Positions 9,585-18,495 of a stretch of DNA of 26,313 bases are shown here, one piece after another. The translations under genes and the position numbers were made by a program. This DNA is from Sphingobacteriaceae bacterium (GTDB lineage Bacteria > Bacteroidota > Bacteroidia > B-17B0 > Aurantibacillaceae), in the NCBI GenBank assembly GCA_025360355.1, contig JANYCL010000193.1, forward strand, positions 1 through 26,313. Reading direction: 5' to 3'. The number at the start of each line of letters is the position of its first letter. The first letter of the stretch is position 1. The notes below the pieces were generated by a model. The model was not told the origin of the DNA. It saw only the letters and a list, made by a program, of their open reading frames with translations, and made no database searches.

Positions 9585-10577
9585 ATGAAAAAGATATTTA
9601 GTTATATAGTAATTGGGATTTTAAGTATTGGAACATCCAAAGCGCAGGATTTCCATTTGTCATTATACGATGCTGCTCCGTTGTTTTTAAATCCGGCAAT
9701 GACCGGAGTTATTGATGCAAAATTCAGAGTGCATGCTCAATACCGTAATCAATGGAATTCGGTTGCGTACAAACCGTATAACACAGCGTTAATAAGTGCC
9801 GATATGCCAAAAGGTAAATGGGGTTTTGGTATTCAGATAATTGAAATGCGTGCGGGTATTGGTAACTATAATGTTTTTCAAGGAATGTTATCTGCTTCCT
9901 ATACTGTTCCGTTAGATAAAAAGAAGTTTCATCATTTAGCATTTGGAATACAAGGCGGTATAACTCAAAAATCTGTTGAGTATAAACTTTACACTTTCGA
10001 TAGTCAATACACATCAACCAATGGCGGAAGTTTTGATACCGGCTTACCTACCAACGAAAAATTTACACGTCAATCACAGATCTTACCGCAATTAAATGCC
10101 GGATTATTATATTTCTTTGCAAAACAACAATCACGCCTTAATCCGTTTTTGGGTGTTTCAGCATTTAACTTAACCCAACCTAAAGAAACTTTTTTCGATC
10201 AGGCTAATCATTTACCAATTCGTTTTTACGGACATGCAGGTATAAGGGTTAACATAAGTGAGTTATTATATGTAATACCAAAGATCTTGGTAATGTCGCA
10301 AGGAACTGCCTTTGAACAAACTTATTCCTTGGATGCCGGATATTATTTTAAAAGTGATAAGTTTTTCTTGTTAGCAGGCTTTACTTACAGAGCTGTTGAT
10401 GCAAGTATCGTTTATGCAGGATTCAGAAAAGACAATTATATTTTTAAAATGGGTTACGACTTTAATACATCTACTTTAAAAACTGCTTCTAAAACACGTG
10501 GAGCATTTGAATTATCATTTACTTATTTAGCAGGCAAGAAAAATTTAAAAGACGTAAGAAATTGTCCTCGTTTGTAA
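9585..10577 (+). CDS. PorP/SprF-family T9SS outer-membrane beta-barrel protein (paralog 2)
   Basis: QDFHLSLYDAAPLFLNPAMTG, YRNQW, GYDFNTS...GAFELSFTY and a terminal CPRL. Lies 7 nt after cargo 2. Confidence 0.9.
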   Translation: MKKIFSYIVIGILSIGTSKAQDFHLSLYDAAPLFLNPAMTGVIDAKFRVHAQYRNQWNSVAYKPYNTALISADMPKGKWGFGIQIIEMRAGIGNYNVFQGMLSASYTVPLDKKKFHHLAFGIQGGITQKSVEYKLYTFDSQYTSTNGGSFDTGLPTNEKFTRQSQILPQLNAGLLYFFAKQQSRLNPFLGVSAFNLTQPKETFFDQANHLPIRFYGHAGIRVNISELLYVIPKILVMSQGTAFEQTYSLDAGYYFKSDKFFLLAGFTYRAVDASIVYAGFRKDNYIFKMGYDFNTSTLKTASKTRGAFELSFTYLAGKKNLKDVRNCPRL

Positions 10578-10581
10578 TTTT

Positions 10582-12807
10582 ATGAAATCCCAACATCCCC
10601 TTTTTCACATACATAATTTGATCAGCAAATTTTTTAATAATGGCAACCAGACAAAAAAACTGGCTGTTGTTATGTTAATTGCTTTATGCAGTATTTCTTT
10701 CGGGCAATCGAAAAAATTATGGATGCTCACAGCCGAAAATGCTTACAAAGCAAAAGATTGGGCTACTGCTGCAACGTATTACGCAAAAGTTTTAGATGAT
10801 ACTACTGTGTTAGATATTTTTGTGTTGCCTTACGAAGCACAAATGGTTAACCTTAAATTAAAATCTTTAGTGAAAGTTCCTGAACTGCAATTAAGGAGAC
10901 CGAAAAAAGATTCAACACAAGTTAAAAAAGACAGCACTCAAATAACATTAACCGATACTTCGCGCAAAAAAAAGCCGACTCCTAAATTTAATCCCATTAC
11001 AAGTATTGATTATGTGAATTGGAAACTCGCACATTCTTACCGTTTAAATGCTGATTATAAAAATGCAGCAAGAGTTTATAAAACTTGTGTCGAAAGAAAT
11101 GCTTATCCTGATGCAAGATATTTTTATGGCTTGTCCTTAATGTCTTTAAAAAGATATAACGAAGCTTTAGTTGAATTTGATGAGTATGTAACACATACGC
11201 CGGAGAATGATTCTTTAATGGCAATTGCTGAGAAAAAAGAATCAAGTTGTTATTTTGCTTTAGATACAATGTCGAACGTAAAGCGTGAGGTAATTGTAAA
11301 AATGTTCGACACATTAATATTTAATAAGGGAACTGCTAACTTCGCTCCTCAATATTATCTTAATCCAAATAAAATTATTTTCACCAGCGCACGCCGTAAT
11401 GGAGTAGTAAATGATCCTGACAAACAAGACTCAAAATATCTTTGTGACCTATATTATACAGAATATTTAGATAGTATCTGGCAACGACCAATTAACTTCG
11501 GTCGCCCGGTTAATTCTGTTTTGCATGAAGGTGCAGGTTATATTACGCCCGATGAGGTAATGTTATTTACAAGATGGAGTGAAGTGAACCGCGATGAAGT
11601 ATTTATTTTCATGGCAAAAATGACCGATGGAAAATTCTTCGAGGCATTTAAGTTAGGTGAGAATGTAAATGTACCAGGTAAAAAATCAATGCATCCTTTT
11701 GTAAATTTTAATGGCACGCGTTTATTTTATTCATCAAACCGCCCCGGTGGTTTCGGTGGTTTTGATCTATGGGTTTGTGTTATTGATGAGGATGGACTTA
11801 TTGGTCCCCCAAAAAACTTAGGCAGACAAATAAATACAACGGGTGATGAGATGTCGCCATTCTACCATAATGTTTCAAATACTTTATACTTTGCTTCAAA
11901 TGGTTTACCGGGTATGGGTGGTTTAGATATTTTTAAAGCATCTTTTAATGTTGATGATTCGATCTATGCATTTCCAAAGAATATTGGCGGACCTTTTAAC
12001 TCGAGCAAAGACGATGCTTACTTTATAATGGAAAGAACCCAGCAGCGTGGTTTTTTCGCCAGCGACAGAGAGCCCTGTGAAGGCGGAAGTTGTTATGATA
12101 TTTATGAATTTCAAAACGCGCCAATATTTTTTGATATAAGTGGTTATGTTTTTGATGCGATCACAAATGATCCGATCCCCGGCGCGCTTGTTACTATCAG
12201 TGATGTGCACGGAGAAGATGATCCCATTTATGTTGTTACAGATGAAAAAGGATATTACTCTTCACCTTTAAAGCCAGACAGAGAATTCTTTTTAAAGGCA
12301 CAAAAAACAAAATATTTGGCTGATAAGGGAAGCAGGGTCACCAAAGGCTTAACTGAAACTACACACCTTGAGTGGGATGGTTACTTAAGTAAAATTCCTG
12401 ACGGTGAAGTTGAAATTGAAGGTATCGAGTACGATTTTGATAAAGCAACTCTACGCCCGAAATCAAAAGAGAATTTGGATAAGATCGTTGATCTCCTGAA
12501 TCTGAATGATAACTTAAATGTTGCTATCAATGCTCACACAGATGCGCGCGGTAATGATGCATACAACGAACGTTTATCACAGGCACGCGCACAGTCTTGT
12601 GTTGATTACCTGATATTGAAAGGAATTAAGAAAGACCGTTTGATCGCTAAAGGATGGGGCGAGAAACAACCGATAATTCCGGAATCTGATATTAATAAAA
12701 TGGTACCAAAGAGCCCTGAATTTGAAGCCGCTCACCAAAAGAACCGTCGTACTGCCTTTAAGGTTATAGGTGAAAGCTCGCTCAGAATAATTAATAAGAC
12801 GAACTAG
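10582..12807 (+). CDS. PorE-like protein: TPR region, PD40 beta-propeller repeats, carboxypeptidase-regulatory-like domain, OmpA-family peptidoglycan-binding C-terminus
   Basis: PD40-type motifs LFYSSNRPGGFGGFDLW, LYFASNGLPGMGGLDIF and NSSKDDAYF. OmpA motifs YDFDKATLRP, AHTDARGNDAYNERLSQARAQS and NRRT. The true start may be downstream of 10582. Confidence 0.88.
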   Translation: MKSQHPLFHIHNLISKFFNNGNQTKKLAVVMLIALCSISFGQSKKLWMLTAENAYKAKDWATAATYYAKVLDDTTVLDIFVLPYEAQMVNLKLKSLVKVPELQLRRPKKDSTQVKKDSTQITLTDTSRKKKPTPKFNPITSIDYVNWKLAHSYRLNADYKNAARVYKTCVERNAYPDARYFYGLSLMSLKRYNEALVEFDEYVTHTPENDSLMAIAEKKESSCYFALDTMSNVKREVIVKMFDTLIFNKGTANFAPQYYLNPNKIIFTSARRNGVVNDPDKQDSKYLCDLYYTEYLDSIWQRPINFGRPVNSVLHEGAGYITPDEVMLFTRWSEVNRDEVFIFMAKMTDGKFFEAFKLGENVNVPGKKSMHPFVNFNGTRLFYSSNRPGGFGGFDLWVCVIDEDGLIGPPKNLGRQINTTGDEMSPFYHNVSNTLYFASNGLPGMGGLDIFKASFNVDDSIYAFPKNIGGPFNSSKDDAYFIMERTQQRGFFASDREPCEGGSCYDIYEFQNAPIFFDISGYVFDAITNDPIPGALVTISDVHGEDDPIYVVTDEKGYYSSPLKPDREFFLKAQKTKYLADKGSRVTKGLTETTHLEWDGYLSKIPDGEVEIEGIEYDFDKATLRPKSKENLDKIVDLLNLNDNLNVAINAHTDARGNDAYNERLSQARAQSCVDYLILKGIKKDRLIAKGWGEKQPIIPESDINKMVPKSPEFEAAHQKNRRTAFKVIGESSLRIINKTN

Positions 12808-12880
12808 TTAATATTTTAGCCGTATGGCTATGTAATTGGACCTTGATTTATTTATTTTTACGTAACAAAAACAACCCCTT

Positions 12881-13855
12881 ATGAAAAGAACATTTACTTT
12901 ACTTTCAATTTCATTATCCCTAAGTGCATTTGCACAAACAACTATTTCGAACGCAGGTTTTGAAATGTGGGGAAATGTTTCACCCGGAGTTGCCGGTGAA
13001 CCTACAGGTTGGTATTCCAACAAATCAGGTTCAAGTACAGCGCAATTAGCGTCACCAATTTGTTTCAAAGATAATGCCATTGTACACACGGGTACTGCTT
13101 CAGTGCGTGTTGAAACGATAAGTTATTTTGGTACTGCAGTTAATGGCGCCGTTACAACCGGCGTAATTAATGCGCCAACACTTACTAAAACTGATGGATA
13201 TATTGGCACAGTTAATTATAGTACTGCAACTGATAAACGTTACATGAATTTTACCGGACGTCCGGATAGTTTAGTTGGTTATTATCAATATTTGTCTGGC
13301 GGTGCAGGTGAGCAACCTAAAGTGAGAGCCATTTTACATACTTCTGATTATTTTGATCCGGAAACACCAACAACTTATCATGCTGCATGTTTGGCGAATA
13401 AAATTGGTGATGCATTATGGGTTGGACCAACAGGTACGTCAGCAGTTTGGAAACGTTTTAGTGTATCATTTACTTTAACGTCTGCGGCAATTCCAACTCA
13501 TATTATGATAAATGTTACCTCGTCTGCTAATCAAGCAACCACTATTACAGGAAGTAAATTATGGTTAGATGATATCGGAGTTATCTACAACTCAACTAAA
13601 ATTAACGAATCAAATAAAGATGTTGCTATAAAAGTTTTCTCTCACGATAAAACTGTTTTTGTAGATTTTACAAACCGTAACGAAGATCTTGCTAGCCTTA
13701 TTATTTTTGATCTTACAGGTAAACAAGTTGCTTCATTTAAAGTTGAAGCCAGCAAAGTAAACTCGTTTGATGTTTCTACTTTAAACAGCGGTTTATTCTT
13801 ATATCAAGTTATTGGTCCGGATTATAAAAAATCTGGTAAATTTATTATAGAATAA
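12881..13855 (+). CDS. T9SS type A cargo with a PCMD-like (putative carbohydrate metabolism) beta-sandwich domain
   Basis: Signal peptide ending AFA-Q. NAGFEMW...PTGW, RPDSLVGYYQY and GSKLWLDDI resemble PCMD-type domains. C-terminal IFDLTGKQV...DVSTLNSGLFLYQV...KSGKFIIE is a type A sorting domain. Confidence 0.8.
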   Translation: MKRTFTLLSISLSLSAFAQTTISNAGFEMWGNVSPGVAGEPTGWYSNKSGSSTAQLASPICFKDNAIVHTGTASVRVETISYFGTAVNGAVTTGVINAPTLTKTDGYIGTVNYSTATDKRYMNFTGRPDSLVGYYQYLSGGAGEQPKVRAILHTSDYFDPETPTTYHAACLANKIGDALWVGPTGTSAVWKRFSVSFTLTSAAIPTHIMINVTSSANQATTITGSKLWLDDIGVIYNSTKINESNKDVAIKVFSHDKTVFVDFTNRNEDLASLIIFDLTGKQVASFKVEASKVNSFDVSTLNSGLFLYQVIGPDYKKSGKFIIE

Positions 13856-13872
13856 CTTTAATGAACCTGATG

Positions 13873-13910
13873 AAGATCCGCTTTCTTTAAAGGGAGCGGA
13901 TTTTTGTTTT
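13873..13910 (+). terminator. Probable intrinsic terminator
   Basis: ATCCGCT-TTCT-(TTAA loop)-AGGG-AGCGGAT: 7 Watson-Crick pairs plus 4 inner pairs (two G.U), followed by TTTTGTTTT, starting about 18 nt after the stop at 13855. Confidence 0.75.
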
Positions 13911-13916
13911 ATAAAT

Positions 13917-16361
13917 ATGAAGCTGCGTTTTTTAATAATTGTTCTCTTTGTTATTTTTTCTAAAATAACATTTGCCCAGCAAAAAGGTACTTTAAAAGGA
14001 AGTATTGCTGATAACGACACTAAAGAAAGTTTACCGGGTGCTACGATCCAATTATTAAAAGATCTGTCTAAAGGAACCGCAACTGATATTAACGGAAATT
14101 TTACACTCGAATTGGATTCCGGTTCATATAAAGTAATTTGCGCTTTTGTTGGTTTAAAGAGCGATACATTCGAAGTAAATGTTTTTCCGGCAAAAATAAC
14201 GGAACTTAATATTACCCTAAAACCCATCGCAAAAATGCTCGAAACTGTTGTTGTGTCTTCCGGTAAATTCGAGCAGAAACTAGAAGAACTTACGGTGTCG
14301 ATGGAAGTTATAAAATCCGATCTGATTAAAAATAAAAATACAACTAGCATCGAAACTGCTTTAGAACAAGCCCCTGGCGTTTCCATTATTGATAACGATC
14401 CGCAAATTCGTGGTGGCAGTGGTTTTACATTTGGAGTTGGTAGTCGTGTGGCTATTGTTGTTGACGGAATTCCATTATTGAGTGGCGATGCAGGACGGCC
14501 GGAATGGAATTATATTCCCATTGAAAATATTGAGCAGGTAGAGATCATTAAAGGTGCTTCATCTGTATTATACGGTTCTTCAGCTTTAAATGGTGTTATA
14601 AATATCCGTACTGCTTATCCTCGAAGCAAACCTAAAACAATTATAAATTATTCTTTCGGTGAATACAGCCGGCCGAATTTGCCCGCAGATAATTGGTACG
14701 ATAAATCAATTCCCGGTTACACTAATTTAAATTTTTTACATTCACGCATCATTAAAAATAATTTCGATTTTGTTATTGGTGGTAATTTAAATGTTGATCA
14801 AGGGTATATCGGTCCGCCGCCTCCCGCAAAATATATTCCTTCCGATTTAAAAACTGCTTTACAAATTAGTGATACCATTGCTACATTTAATAATCAAGAT
14901 ATGATGAAAGCGCGTGGCCGCATGAATTTTAATTTGCGCTACCGTTTCAAAAAAATCGTCGGATTAAATGCCGGTGTAAATGGAAATTTCATGTTAAATA
15001 AAACAAACATGGTAATGGCTTGGTTAAACGATTCGAATGGTTTATATCGTGGCTATCCCGGCGCCGTATTTTTACAGAATCAAACTTTATTTAATATCGA
15101 TCCGTTCATTAATTATAATCCCGGAAAAGGAATTAGCCATAGTTTAGTTACGCGCATTTTTCATACAGATAATGTTATTTCAAATAATCAAAGCAATAAA
15201 GGCACAATGTATTATGGTCAGTACCAATTGCAGCGTTTATTTAAAAACATTGATCTTGCATTTATTGGTGGTGTTGTGGGAAATATTTCTTCATCGCATT
15301 CTCGCTTATATGTTTCGAGTGGTTCACCGGATAATAAAATTGTGAATGTTTCCGGTTTTATTCAGTTAGATAAAAAATTATGGAACGTTTTAAATATTTC
15401 CGGCGGTGTGCGCTACGAATATTTTAAAATGAATAATTTACAAAGTGTGGTGGCGCCAATTTTCAGAGCAGGAGCAAGTTTGCAAGTTTTAAAAGGCACA
15501 TGGGTTAGAACTTCGTACGGACAAGGTTTCCGTTATCCAACAATTACCGAAAGATATATTACAACCAAAGCCGGTTTATTTGGTGTATTTCCTAACCCAG
15601 ATCTGAAACCTGAGACAAGCAAAAGTTTTGAAATGGGCGTAAAACAAGGATTTAAAATTGGCGGTGTGAAAGGGTATTTGGATATCGCAGGTTTTGAACA
15701 GCGTTATAGGAATACCATCGAATATTTGTTTGGTGTATGGGATCCAAGTGTTGCGTTAATAGGATTTAAGTTTTTAAATACCGGCGATTCAAGAGTTAGA
15801 GGAGTTGATATTTCGATGGCGATAAGTTCAAACGAAGCCAATAAAAAATTCGGGATAATGGCTTTGATCGGTTACACTTATGTTGAACCTGTTTGTTTAA
15901 CTCCCGATAGTGTGTATGCTCGTACTCAGGCTATTGGAGGATTAGGTCCTGGCTCAGTTTTGAGTTATAAAAAAGCAAGTATGGATACTACCGACAATAT
16001 TTTAAAATACAGATTCAAGCATATGTTTAAATCGGATATTGAAGTAAGGATATTTAAATTCTCGGTTGGTTTTAGTTACAGGTATTATAGTCGCATGCAA
16101 AATATTGATAAAGCTTTTGTTGATCTGGAACAATTAACCGGTAATGCCTCAAACTTTTTTTATGAGATCAAAGCAACAAATTATTGGCGCACCCATTTTG
16201 GCTTCGAGGTTATTGATTTCCGTTTAGGATTCAGGGCAACTGAACACCATAAAATTTCATTTATTGTAAGCAATCTGCTCAATGCCGATTATTCGTTACG
16301 GCCAATGAAAATTGAAGCACCGCGCACCACGAGTTTGCAATACGTTTACTCTTTTAATTAA
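13917..16361 (+). CDS. TonB-dependent outer-membrane receptor with N-terminal carboxypeptidase-regulatory-like domain; substrate unknown
   Basis: Signal peptide, then LKGSIAD...ESLPGATI...GTATDINGNFTL. Plug motifs IRGGSG...VAIVVDGIP and IEQVEIIKGASSVLYGSSALNGVINIRT. Barrel motifs GFRYPTITERY and PNPDLKPETS. C-terminal NLLNADY...PRTTSLQYVYSF. No SusD-like neighbour. Confidence 0.92.
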   Translation: MKLRFLIIVLFVIFSKITFAQQKGTLKGSIADNDTKESLPGATIQLLKDLSKGTATDINGNFTLELDSGSYKVICAFVGLKSDTFEVNVFPAKITELNITLKPIAKMLETVVVSSGKFEQKLEELTVSMEVIKSDLIKNKNTTSIETALEQAPGVSIIDNDPQIRGGSGFTFGVGSRVAIVVDGIPLLSGDAGRPEWNYIPIENIEQVEIIKGASSVLYGSSALNGVINIRTAYPRSKPKTIINYSFGEYSRPNLPADNWYDKSIPGYTNLNFLHSRIIKNNFDFVIGGNLNVDQGYIGPPPPAKYIPSDLKTALQISDTIATFNNQDMMKARGRMNFNLRYRFKKIVGLNAGVNGNFMLNKTNMVMAWLNDSNGLYRGYPGAVFLQNQTLFNIDPFINYNPGKGISHSLVTRIFHTDNVISNNQSNKGTMYYGQYQLQRLFKNIDLAFIGGVVGNISSSHSRLYVSSGSPDNKIVNVSGFIQLDKKLWNVLNISGGVRYEYFKMNNLQSVVAPIFRAGASLQVLKGTWVRTSYGQGFRYPTITERYITTKAGLFGVFPNPDLKPETSKSFEMGVKQGFKIGGVKGYLDIAGFEQRYRNTIEYLFGVWDPSVALIGFKFLNTGDSRVRGVDISMAISSNEANKKFGIMALIGYTYVEPVCLTPDSVYARTQAIGGLGPGSVLSYKKASMDTTDNILKYRFKHMFKSDIEVRIFKFSVGFSYRYYSRMQNIDKAFVDLEQLTGNASNFFYEIKATNYWRTHFGFEVIDFRLGFRATEHHKISFIVSNLLNADYSLRPMKIEAPRTTSLQYVYSFN

Positions 16362-16429
16362 AACGGTTCTGTTAATAAGATAAACCTCAGGTTACTTCAG
16401 GTAAAGGGCTAAGTTTTTACTTTGTAAGA

Positions 16430-18439
16430 GTGAATTTATTCAGCCTTATACGCGATAAACATTCGTTGGTATACAAGATCGTATTGTATGCATTTTCAAT
16501 TCTGATCATTTCGTTTTTATTGCCTTCAAAATATTCTTACTCCTTAAATTCAATTAAAGGTTTAAAAATTTGGCCGTATAAGAATTTAGTGGCAGAAAAA
16601 GATTTCTATTTACAAAAATCAGATGCAGAAATAAAAACTGAGCAAAATTCAGTCACCAGATCCTCACCATTATACTTTAAAGAAAACAGTAAAGAGCGCG
16701 ATGCAAAATTAACTGAGCTTAATGAATTAATAAAAAATTCACCCGGCAATGTTGTATACAAAAAAACAAAATTACTTTTAGACACCGTTTATGAAAATGG
16801 TGTGATCGAAAGAGTAGAGGAGAGTGATCTGCATAATTCCATTTATGTAGTGAAAAGCGGTGAAGCCATGCAAGAACAATACTCAGGCTTTTTCACAATC
16901 GATAAAGCAGTTAATTATTTTCAAAACACATTAGTTAACCAACCGGAAAAAGAAAAGGTCCTTGAAAACTGCATTAAATATTTATCAATAACTGTTTTCT
17001 ATGATAAATCCCTTTCTGAATCCACACTTAAAAATAGTCTCGAACATATTTCAGTATATAAAACAGCAGTTAACACCGGCGATATTTTAATAAATTATTT
17101 GGATGAAATAACACCCCAAAAAAGAGAGATCATTAGCGAATATCTCGTTTCGCAAGGCAGGACAAAAGAAAGTGATCTCAGAAATTACATTGGTAAATTA
17201 ATTATAAGCGCATTGTTATTGGGAATTTTAATGTTATACCTTGCTTTTTTCCGTAAAAATATTTTTGGTCAGGCAAGGCAAGTTACTTTTATTTTTATCA
17301 TTGTGGTTTTATCGGTAGTTATTTCAAAAATAATTGCCCCGCAAGGTATTTTATTTTTCTCCGCTCTGCCATTTGCGTTAATACCTATTTTAGTCAGGAT
17401 ATTTTTCGATAGCCGTACCGCATTATTTACTTTTTTAATTACAATAATGTTTTGTTCCTTTTTTACCGCAGATAAATTTCAGTTTGTCTTTATACAATTA
17501 GTTACCGGTATGGGAACCATTTTCAGCGTTGTTGAAATGCGGAACAGAAAAGAATTATTGACATCAGCTCTTGTCGTTTTATTTTTTTACGCGTCGGCTT
17601 TTGTTTCTTTTAATTTATTAATGGGAACCGATAAGATTTTATCTCAAAAAATAATGTATCTCCCAATACTTGCAAGTTCACTTTTAATTTTGTTAGCTTA
17701 TCCCTTTATTTTTTTAGCAGAAAAAACTTTCGGATTCATTTCAGATTTTACATTAATGGAGCTGTGCGATTTTAATACACCATTGCTTCGCGAATTATCA
17801 CTTAAAGTTCCCGGTACATTCCAGCATTCTTTACAAGTTGCAAATTTGGCTGAGGAAGCTATTTTTCATATTGGAGGAAATGCACTTTTAATTAGAGCAG
17901 GCGCCATGTATCATGATATAGGAAAAATTGATAACCCTCGTTATTTTACAGAAAATCAGATCGGAGAAGTAAACCCACACACCGAAATATTACCGGAGGA
18001 AAGTGCTAAAATTATTATTGCTCATGTTATAAAAGGAATTGAAAAAGCAAAAGCCAATAAATTACCCGATGCAGTAATTGATTTTATACGCACGCATCAC
18101 GGCACAACAACAGCTGGTTTTTTCCTTAATAATTTTAAGATCGAACACAAAGGCGAAAAAATAAACGAAGAAGTTTTTAGGTATCCCGGACCAATTCCTT
18201 TCAGTAAAGAAACAGCAGTTTTAATGATGGCTGATGGCGTGGAAGCTGCTTCAAGGGCCCTAAAAAAGTACGATGCTTTGGCTATAAATGAGCTGGTTGA
18301 CCGTATTATTGACTATAAAATAAGCGAAAATCAGCTAATTAACGCTGAAATTACCTTTAAAGACATAACAACTGTGAAGAAAATATTCAAAAAACGGCTT
18401 ATGAATATGTACCATGTAAGGATCGAATATCCTCGGTAA
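16430..18439 (+). CDS. 7TM-HD (HDIG) membrane phosphohydrolase, PgpH-like putative cyclic di-AMP phosphodiesterase
   Basis: GTG start. N-terminal TM helix, a large hydrophilic extracytoplasmic domain, a multi-TM block, then GTFQHSLQVANLAE...YHDIGK...YFTENQ...HHGT...LMMADGVEAASR. Substrate inferred from family only. Confidence 0.88.
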   Translation: MNLFSLIRDKHSLVYKIVLYAFSILIISFLLPSKYSYSLNSIKGLKIWPYKNLVAEKDFYLQKSDAEIKTEQNSVTRSSPLYFKENSKERDAKLTELNELIKNSPGNVVYKKTKLLLDTVYENGVIERVEESDLHNSIYVVKSGEAMQEQYSGFFTIDKAVNYFQNTLVNQPEKEKVLENCIKYLSITVFYDKSLSESTLKNSLEHISVYKTAVNTGDILINYLDEITPQKREIISEYLVSQGRTKESDLRNYIGKLIISALLLGILMLYLAFFRKNIFGQARQVTFIFIIVVLSVVISKIIAPQGILFFSALPFALIPILVRIFFDSRTALFTFLITIMFCSFFTADKFQFVFIQLVTGMGTIFSVVEMRNRKELLTSALVVLFFYASAFVSFNLLMGTDKILSQKIMYLPILASSLLILLAYPFIFLAEKTFGFISDFTLMELCDFNTPLLRELSLKVPGTFQHSLQVANLAEEAIFHIGGNALLIRAGAMYHDIGKIDNPRYFTENQIGEVNPHTEILPEESAKIIIAHVIKGIEKAKANKLPDAVIDFIRTHHGTTTAGFFLNNFKIEHKGEKINEEVFRYPGPIPFSKETAVLMMADGVEAASRALKKYDALAINELVDRIIDYKISENQLINAEITFKDITTVKKIFKKRLMNMYHVRIEYPR

Positions 18440-18474
18440 AGCCCTGTTTTTTAGTATTTTGTCACAAAAAACTT

Positions 18475-18482
18475 TATCTTTG
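18475..18482 (+). promoter_or_regulatory. Bacteroidota housekeeping promoter -7 element upstream of wza
   Basis: TATCTTTG is an exact TAnnTTTG match 13 nt before the ATG at 18496. The upstream TTTG (18458-18461) is only 13 nt away, shorter than the canonical -33/-7 spacing. Confidence 0.55.
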
Positions 18483-18495
18483 TAAAAACCCTTTT

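Noticed and set aside
12817-12830. TAGCC-GTAT-GGCTA hairpin after the porE-like gene as a terminator
   Set aside because: Only a 5-bp stem with no following U-tract; too weak to call.
13917-16361. TonB-dependent receptor as part of a polysaccharide utilisation locus
   Set aside because: No SusD-like gene, glycoside hydrolase or sensor-regulator is adjacent, and SusC-specific motifs were not recognised.
16417-16424. TTACTTTG as a -7 promoter element for the 7TM-HD gene
   Set aside because: Mismatch at the conserved A of TAnnTTTG and no properly spaced -33 element. Possible but unsupported.
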